NCBI GenBank assembly: GCA_964057225.1
Contig: OZ059899.1
Span: forward strand, 14,508,001 to 14,572,000
Source: Auanema rhodensis
Taxonomy: Eukaryota > Animalia > Nematoda
Length of the DNA: 64,000 nucleotides
Direction: 5' to 3'
Shown: one piece after another, positions 55,474 through 64,000 of the stretch
How the letters are laid out: each line of letters opens with the position of its first letter
Position numbering within the stretch: position 1 is the stretch's first letter
The notes under the pieces: generated by a model
What the model was told of the DNA's origin: nothing
Seen by the model: the letters and a program-made list of their open reading frames with translations, nothing else
Database searches by the model: none
Made by a program: the position numbers and the translations under genes

Positions 55474-55578
55474 CATCTGCAGACGGCATTTGTCTTCACC
55501 GACAAGATTCGTCTGCTCCAAATGAACATGACGAAGATTGCAGAACGATTTTCGAGCATGAACCATCTGAACTATTTG
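55474..55578 (+). CDS. Candidate internal phase-1 exon of the same unidentified gene
   Basis: ctctgcag acceptor, 105 nt open (ASADGICLHRQDSSAPNEHDEDCRTIFEHEPSELF), donor G|gtttcc. Confidence 0.3.
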
Positions 55579-55991
55579 GTTTCCGCTCTCCCTAATTAAC
55601 ATCCTTTCACATTTGAACTCAGATCGTTATTCATATTTCTCTATAAACTACTACAAACTGCTGCTGGTATATACTGTCTCATTACTTCCGAATCTCCTTT
55701 CTACCACCTATCAGCAGTATCAGTTACATCATCATCAGAATAAGCAACAACATCCCTTTCTTGACCAAAACCTTTAGCTGAAGATTTTTTTCAAAAAGAA
55801 ACAACCAAGTGAAACAATGACAAACAACATAAATCGTTGGATCTTACCAGCTTTACGAGATTCATTCCATCACGAGTTACTCAATCTTCCGCCAGCCTAT
55901 GAAGTTTCTTTAATATTTTTCATTAAAGGTTTGTTTCTGACATATATGCTTTCGAAACATTTTGATACATTTCAATTTGTCTTTTGGTTTA

Positions 55992-56032
<41 letters not shown>

Positions 56033-56808
56033 CTCTTTCTTTCTTTAAATCTTATGGTATCTTCTTTTCTCTCTCTAGATTTTAGAGTAGAACTCATAAT
56101 AAGAAATATCAAATGAGAAATTGAGTTTATGTACACGCTTTGAGCAGACACACACACACACACATACACATACAGACGATATCTCCGTTGCCTATTTGAT
56201 TTAAATTTTATCTTTCACAATCTACCTTCATCTACACGATATTCATAACGTTCTCTTCAATCAGATTTCAAGTATCTTGTCTGATGATATCCTGTAAGCA
56301 TCTTCACCATCATCAACTAATGTTTTTATATATTTCACTCATTTTACAAACTATACAACTATAATCGTTAACTATACTATTACTTTTTCTTATATTATTA
56401 TATACTATATGTTATAAATATGTATATATCCTATATCTATAAGGAACATTTATATTTATTTCTGAATAAAAAGATATACAAAGGAAAAGACTTACATTAT
56501 GTTGATCAGTGATCATCTATTTTTCATTCTTTTCATCGAATTATACAATTAGATAACGATGACATCATATGGCAATTTTCGTCCTTCCGGCTAACTCGGA
56601 ATCTCATCCAACATTGGTATCTATCTATAGCTCTATGATTGATAAGCTAACCATGCTGCTCAAGCTTGAAATAGCTTGAAGCCATCCCACTGATGTCGAT
56701 ATCAAACATATATCTGAAATACTAAAGTATACTTCATCTCAGTAATACTTAAATACAACCGAATCTCAGCGATTAAATGCATAAAAATGAAATTTGATAT
56801 GCAAATCT

Positions 56809-56870
56809 TCACGTGAGGAAATATGCGGCAATGATCACGTGAAAAAGTACGTGACAATGAGATCACGTGA
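56809..56870. promoter_or_regulatory. Cluster of three TCACGTGA plus one TACGTGA
   Basis: CGTG at 56812, 56838, 56850 and 56866. TCACGTGA is the canonical bHLH-ZIP (TFEB/HLH-30-type) site. Confidence 0.45.
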
Positions 56871-58842
56871 ACTGTAGAACTGTGAGCAATTTGTTAATTA
56901 CTTTCACAGCATATTCTTATATTTTCATTTTTTTCGTTTTTCTTTTCGGAAAGTAAGCAATTACATATAAGAGTATTGTCTGGCATTTCGTCAATTGCCC
57001 ATAAAAAGGATAAAAAACGCAAAATATCGAGAAAAAGGTCACGGATTTCATTGGAAACTTTTTTTTACCGCCAAAATATAGACTTTTTTTGTTTTATTCA
57101 CGTACTCACGTACTTCCTACATCTATATATTAGCAAGCTTTTTACTTAATTAACTTCAATATCTTATTTCTCTGTCTGTATCTCTCTGTATTTCCCTCTA
57201 TTTCTCTCTATTTCTCCGTTAAAAGTCTACTACATAAACGTGGTGGGGGTGTTGAAGTTGTAAAACAACTTCCAGCTTTTCAACTAACGAACATGCAATC
57301 TCGAACCACTCTCTAAACTTGAACATTTTTCTTATCTACCTATTCTTTGAACTGTGAAGGTATTTGCCTCATATTTGCGAGAGAACGGCGAAGAACGATG
57401 ACGTATTACCTGAATACTGACAACTTTTCATCCTATTATCCACATCTATCAGGTACTTAACTATTCTTATATACATATATATCCTATCAGTCTTCTTGAA
57501 ATCGTATGCTCTTTGTCTATGAAGCTTCAAATCAAACGCCTAATTCTGCAACTTGTATTTCGATTCTTTTTTCTTCGCCCAATGTCAAATCATCCGTCAT
57601 AATGACGAGTTCATTTGGGTCATTTCGAGCATTATCCTTGTTTACTAAACAACTGCCATTTGAGTTTTAAGTTATACAAGACATGAAGTAAAAAGTTTGT
57701 CTAAGTTTCTATTATCTGTCACTTTCAAATCTATTCTCCACATCTCTCTCTCTCTCTTTCTTTTAGCCTGTGATGTCACATAAGTTAGTCCCTTGAGACA
57801 TTAAAACTACAACTATGACTAAGAATAAATCTATTTATAATTGAAAAAGATATTTAACAGAAAATTCTGTTCAAAATCACAAGTCTTTAAGTCTGCCAAT
57901 GTTGTATTTGAATCATTTTGCTCTTATTAAAAACTTGACCAACTTCAAGTGTGCTGATGCTGTATGTCATAAAGAACAGCTGAGATATTTGAATTAAATG
58001 GGTAAAACTTTGATAAATCTGTATTTCTTTGGTAGAAAAATATAAAATTACATTTGTTATATAGCTAATTGCTCTGTAGTTTAGCTACAATGCTATAACT
58101 TATTCTGCTCTTTTACATGCAAACAGCCTCATTCGGCTCTCTTTTTGCTTCAGTATTCTTTTTTTTTGCATGTTTGTTACTCGGGAATAACAGTTCAAAT
58201 CGAATTAAAACCATTTGAAATAATTGAAATTATTGGATTTGTCTTTGGAAAAGCGTATGTGTATGTATGTATAGATATGCATATGAATGATGCAAATGTT
58301 TTTGAGAATTATATTTAGTGATAACAACAAAAACGTCTTCGCTTAACGAAAAAATATTGAAAAACCTTGTTTTAGCTGTGTGCAGAACGATAATTTCTTG
58401 CAAATGAAGTTTTTTGTTGAAGACAAACGCGGAAGAAGAAAATAGAGAGAGAGGGGGAGAGTAGAGAGAGAGAAGGAGAGAGATAAAAGAGATGGAGAGA
58501 AGAAGAAAGAGAGGCGAAGAGAGAGAGAGAGATACAGAGAGAGAGAGATGCAGAGAGAGAGGAAAGAGAGAAAGTTTAAACATATTAAATATTATTTATT
58601 ATGATTTTATTAAGGAAATGAGTTGATGGTATTCTTAGGAAAAATGTTAAAATAGTGATTAAATGGAGAGAGAATAGGAAATGCACTGAGAAAATGAACA
58701 AGAGAAAGATAGAGAGAATAATGAACAGAGAGGGAGGAACGACTGATGGAAAGAGGATGATACGGCAAAAGGGGAAGGAAGAACAGAGTCACATGGATGT
58801 GGAAGAGATCGCAAGCAAAATCTGTCTCCACCCACCCTCGCG

Positions 58843-59058
58843 CTACAAGCTCATCGTTGTTGCTGTGTGCCATTTGGAATCCTTATTGAGCTTCAAGTCC
58901 ATCAGCTGGTCTTCATCTTTTCCCCTTTTCATTCGCTCTGCGTTGTGGTATTGCTTTGAAGGAGTCGAAGAAAGCGACAGCCAGATCAGACGTGGAAATA
59001 GGATCAAGCTCTTTGCCAACTTAGACAACTTGAAGCTGACTTTCGTCTTACCCATCAT
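58843..59058 (-). CDS. Small ORF (71 aa), possible microprotein or terminal exon
   Basis: ggttacag acceptor 12 nt before ATG; MMGKTKVSFKLSKLAKSLILFPRLIWLSLSS...WHTATTMSL*. Higher GC than flanks, followed by a CT-rich (minus sense) 3'UTR-like tract. Confidence 0.4.
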   Translation of the reverse strand: MMGKTKVSFKLSKLAKSLILFPRLIWLSLSSTPSKQYHNAERMKRGKDEDQLMDLKLNKDSKWHTATTMSL

Positions 59059-60158
59059 CAATATATTTATCTGTAACCATTGTATTTACTTTTTGAATTA
59101 AAGCTATAAGCTGCGCACTTGCCAGCTTTCACGCATATTCAAGATGATGATCAGTAAGTTTTTAAAATTTTTCCACCAATATATCAATCAGTTGATCAAA
59201 GTGAAAGCAAAATGAAATATTAGGTTGTCAATGCTTCATTCTTCTACATACTCTTGAACTTGATTGAGCTTCATACATGTATGCATGATTAGTGAGTTTA
59301 GGAACATGTGATGAAGATGATGATGACGATGATGATGAAGATGATGTTACTCTTAGTGAATACTTGACAAAGGCTTTACTTCAATTGTTCATGCAAGAAT
59401 GACTCAAATTTATAAGAAAACATATTTTTTTGTTTGAAAAATCGTATTTGCATCTAAAAATTCAAACTTGCAACTTTGAACTTACTCATCTATTCCTACA
59501 CACATAAACTTGCACCACTCATATACTCATCCAAACAGATACATTCAATTTTAATTGTTGTTTCTCTGCAATAAGAGATCATACTCCTTCTATTTTTCAT
59601 ATTATCAGTAATTAGCTCCAAGAATAATTAGCATAACTGATGATTACACGTACTCTGTACACGTGGCGTCATCACGTGAAATCCATCATATAATATAGAA
59701 ACTGAATGCATAAAACGGTTGCTAATGCTTATAAGTTTAGTCTTCCTCTAATCCAGGGTCTAGGTCGTTACCCATATTTATCTATTCTACTTTGTTTTCT
59801 CATATCTCCTCTTTCATCTTCTTTTCAAAAAAAAAGCTTAAGAAACATTGGAAATTTACAATTTTACTTCAATATTTGGTTTCAACTATTTGCAGTCTTT
59901 TTGGCAGATTTTCAAAATTATATTTATATGTGAATCTATATATTATATGATAATAATAGTTTATATATACTATCAGTTCATCATACTCTTTTCAAACTTA
60001 TCAAAAAAGTTTGACAAGTTCGTTTCTTCATCATTGTTTATACAATTTATAAACATCTTATCCTTCAATCCGAACTTTCAACTTTGAAAAACTGTCATCT
60101 AAAATGGACGACAGAGTATATCCGTTTGTCTTCTTTCCTACACCCATTTTCTTGTTTC

Positions 60159-60197
60159 TCTCTCTCTCTCTAGTTCTCTCTCTCTCTCTCTCTCTCT
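60159..60197. repeat. Interrupted (CT)n microsatellite
   Basis: Dinucleotide run. Confidence 0.9.
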
Positions 60198-63100
60198 TTC
60201 TGTTATATACATATATCAGATAGCTAACTCCGTTCAAAGCATATTGGGCGCACTTTGTTTTCTTTTTTAGTCAAAGAATTATTTAAAGAAACGAAATATA
60301 GTTTGATAAACAAGCGATGTCTTCATCATTGTAATCAACAAAAAATAAATTGAATTGACATATATGTATATACTATACTAACTATATAAACTATTTTATA
60401 TTTTATAATATTATAATGTTCAATATTGAAATATATAAATAGGAAGAAATGAAAGAAGTTGATGTTCTAAGTCTTTCTCTGCCTCTCTTTCTCTCACCCT
60501 CTCTCTTCTTCTAATACATGGCTCTTGCACTCATCATATCAATTTTTACTAGAAGACTACGGTAGCAATATTATTATGTTTATTACATGTAATATTCATT
60601 TTTCGTCCTTTCGATTTGCTTTTAAAATTAGAAAAAAGCCATAAATATGTGAATATATACAAATGAAATTATGTTTATTTCTTAAAATATATATATATAT
60701 ATTCCAAATTACTTCTAACAATACTGTAATGTTGTTGATCTACGAAGGATGAATGATGAGAATATGTTGTTCAAGTTGTCGTCGTCAAAACCAATTACTC
60801 CATTAGAGAGTTCGATATGTAGCTTCTGTGTATATGATGTCTTAGAGTAAAAAAGAAAAATTTTAGTGACAGAGATATGTTGGTCAGGCAGGACGTTTAT
60901 CTTTTTCAGCTTTTTCTTCTAATTTGTCATGAAAAATGATAAAAAGAAGTACATGCATACAAGGATAAAAAGAGGGAGAGAAAGAGAGAGAGAGAGAGGG
61001 AAGGAGATAGAGAGAGAAGAAGAGAGGGAGAGTGAGAGAATGGTAGAATAGCACATAAATGTACATAGTATGTGTATTTGAAAGAAAAGGAAGTTCAGAA
61101 GAGTGTAGCCGGAAGAAAATACAAGAACTTCCAATTCACTTGAACTTGATCACCATTTTTCCATCAGAATACAGTGTATGTTGATAAGTGAAATGAAATT
61201 TCTCGCAAAAAAAAAAATTCTTTTCCTTCTGATCACAGTTCGCCTGTTCTTATTTCCATCAATGTGATTGTTTTCGGTTGAACTGCCAAAGGACATCATC
61301 ACTACCACACATACTTACTTAGCCAAACAGATGAGACAGAGACATTCACATTGATTTGAAAAAGAACTGGCTTATTTATATCGTATAGTTAATAAGTAAT
61401 TAAGAACACATAAGAGAAGTTGTCGAAACGACCTATGAAAACTACTTCTTGCTGATAACTCAACACTGTAAACGCATCTCTCTCAATCTCTCTCAATCTC
61501 TCTCTCCCTCTCTCTCTAATCTTTCTCTCCCTCTCTCCCTCTCTCTATGTATCTACAGTTTTTGAGTTCTAAAAGTTCATCAAAATTGCAAATGTGATCT
61601 CTCGGAAGCCTGACCTAGAGTTCGAATATTATGTTATAATATCTATAAATAAAAAATATACTATATCATATAGTTAAGAGTAATAATAATCATATTTTAT
61701 GTTTTTTTACTGTTTTTTCTATTTCTCCCATGATATTACATTCATTTCTTGAACTCACACATGAGTCAAAAGAGTAATAGAGATTAAGCCAGAGAGAGAG
61801 TGAGAGAGAGTAAGTGTGAGAGTTCAAAAAAGACAAAGAAAGCTGACCCAAGATGCTTTAATACTTGTACTTTCCTTCAACAATCTGATTCCTCTCCCTT
61901 TATGTCATTGTCCTTCGGTTTGGTCATGAATTAAACGTTTAAACGATCCATTCAATACTCAAAGATAGGATTTAAGTTGTTTCTTTCTTACTCAACTATG
62001 TATCTGAAGCATAAGTTATATTTTATGTTTTAATGTTTGAAACACGCACATCCATGTTCATGAATATGAGCAGCATTGTTTAACAAAACAGTCTTCAAAC
62101 TTCATAATATGATGGTAGTAACACCAGTAATAAGTGTCAGTTTCCCTATAACAGTAGTCGTCGTCGTCCTCTTCTTCTTCTTCTTCTTCATTTTTTCTTC
62201 CATTAGCCTTAAAAGTCAGAAATCAAAGGTGTCATTGCCAGAAAGAAAAAAATATATAATTTATACTGTATAGTTAGAGATAGAGAAGAGAAGGGCATCT
62301 TCTTTTTTTTTTTGTAAAAATCAAGTTATCAACATATTTTTTAAAAAAATTTTATTTGAAAAAAACCCGAAAGAAATTCAGCCAGTTATGATTAAAAGCA
62401 TAATCGAACTACATCAAAGCTTTTGATTCAAATTGAGTCCAGTCTAATACATCTTCGGACCAAAATGATGTTCAGCCTTAAGTTGCACCCTTGTACATCT
62501 GTATAGATTGAACTATGTGCGAAATTTATGATTTTTGATGTAAACAACATCATAATAGGACTAAAAAGTGGCCGGAAGGACGACTGCACTAGGTGAACAG
62601 GCTGCTAACGGTCGTGAAAACCTGCTTACTTAGACAATATAGCTTACTTTCCCATAGTTATAGGATCTACTTCATTGTTTTTTATATTTCTTGCACGTTT
62701 ATCATCTTCATTTTCATTTTTTATCATTCCAAATGAAGGATTTCTATTCTTTCTTTGTATCTTTCTTCTCAAGCTTTAGCAGCATGCTTGAAGATGACAA
62801 TGCTGACCTTACAACCTTTTCGTGAGCAGCATTATTTTTAATCAGATTTCACCGTTCTTTGTTCTCTTATATCTTAAAATATGTTTCATTTACTGCTTCA
62901 TCAAAAATAATTTAAGCTTTAATCTATATGATATAATTAGGTTTTCTGATATATTTAGACGTTATGCTGAATAATCTATGATACTAGCTCTTGCTACGTC
63001 ACGCAATTTCAATCTCTCTAACCATTCAAGACCACTGTTGTGTCGAATTATTGGAGGAAGATTAACCAATTCAGTATTTGCTTCATCAGAATCTTAACTT

Positions 63101-63661
63101 GTTGAAGCAAACGGTCTTTGAACAATATTTTCCTTTCACACTAATTCAAAACAGAAATAGAGAAAACGAAAGTGAAGATATGTACCAACCTACCTTCTCA
63201 AATTCCAAATTTAACTCATTGTTTTCAAAATATTTTGAACTTTAAACTGTAAAAACGATTCGAATTGAGCACTTAAGCGTTCACCTGCTAAGCATTTTAG
63301 GACGAGCTTTGCAACTTTCGTGTACAACAAATCCAAATCTCCAAAAGTAAATTCAATGATGAGCAAGAGAACGACGAGAAATAGACGAATATGCTGGAAG
63401 AAGTAGAGTTGAAAAGATGAAATATATGAAAAAATTGGAGAAAAGCTTTACGTTGTTCTGAGTCAATCTAGACGATTTCTTAGCATTTTTCTCTTTAGGG
63501 CAGGGCTTGGAAAAAATAGAAAAAAAGTGGTAGCAAAGGATAAAATATGAATAAGTATTCTATGCCTAATGCCATTTTAAGACAAAAAAATTTGTTCTTT
63601 TCGCCTTCTAATACCCCCACATAAGTTTCTAGCTGAACCTGGTATTCCCCTATTTCCCTGC

Positions 63662-63662
<1 letters not shown>

Positions 63663-63698
<36 letters not shown>

Positions 63699-63727
63699 CC
63701 CCCCCCTCTCTCTCCTTCTCTCTCTCA
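63663..63727. repeat. (CT)n / C-run low-complexity tract
   Basis: Dinucleotide run with an embedded C-run. Confidence 0.9.
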
Positions 63728-64000
63728 TTTATACTTTATAATATTTGAAATTTAATAAATGGTATTGCTGAACCATAATTTCTTCGTACTTCTGCACAAA
63801 AATGTTTTAATATAGCAATACTTAAATTCAAAATCCTTACTTTGGCTTTTGTTTTCTGTTCTTTGTCATCTTCCACCCTCACCTTCCCCACCCTTGCAAC
63901 CCTCTCTCTCTATTCATCATTCTCTATCTTTCTCTGTCAGCTCAAAGAACCATCTTTCTCTCAATCACGTTCTCTCTCGCTATCTCTCTCTCCCTCTCTT

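Noticed and set aside
1-64000. tRNA, rRNA, CRISPR arrays, intact transposons, telomeric TTAGGC arrays
   Set aside because: None recognised; the repetitive character of 32-43 kb is explained by EGF-repeat coding sequence.

Overview
Eukaryotic, AT-rich, intron-rich nematode DNA (rhabditid-like: mostly 40-60 nt introns, TTTCAG-type acceptors, apparent trans-splice sites). The ORF track therefore shows only exon fragments, and the gene models below were rebuilt by hand from splice sites and reading frame. Left to right: (1) last exon of an RS-domain splicing factor (+); (2) a compact ~187-aa PEHE-domain protein resembling MSL1 (-); (3) a ~1,150-1,200-aa Ser/Pro-rich protein with three KRAP-like motifs, polyproline and C-terminal WH2 motifs, a Cordon-bleu/COBLL1-like architecture (-); (4) a ~10 kb intergenic or 5' region; (5) the ~27 kb mua-3 gene (LDL-A x5, many EGF, vWA, 2 SEA, TM, cytoplasmic tail), with a hidden intronic signal-peptide first exon and a candidate cassette exon in the tail; (6) a NEMP1/TMEM194 homolog and (7) CDC23/APC8 (mat-3) with SL2-operon-like spacing; (8) 51-64 kb, mostly non-coding, with candidate + strand first exons, a small minus-strand ORF, microsatellites and recurring clusters of (C)ACGTG motifs, several with 11-bp spacing. 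No RNA genes, intact transposons or CRISPR-like arrays were recognised. Family assignments rest on my recollection of family motifs; no database search was run.
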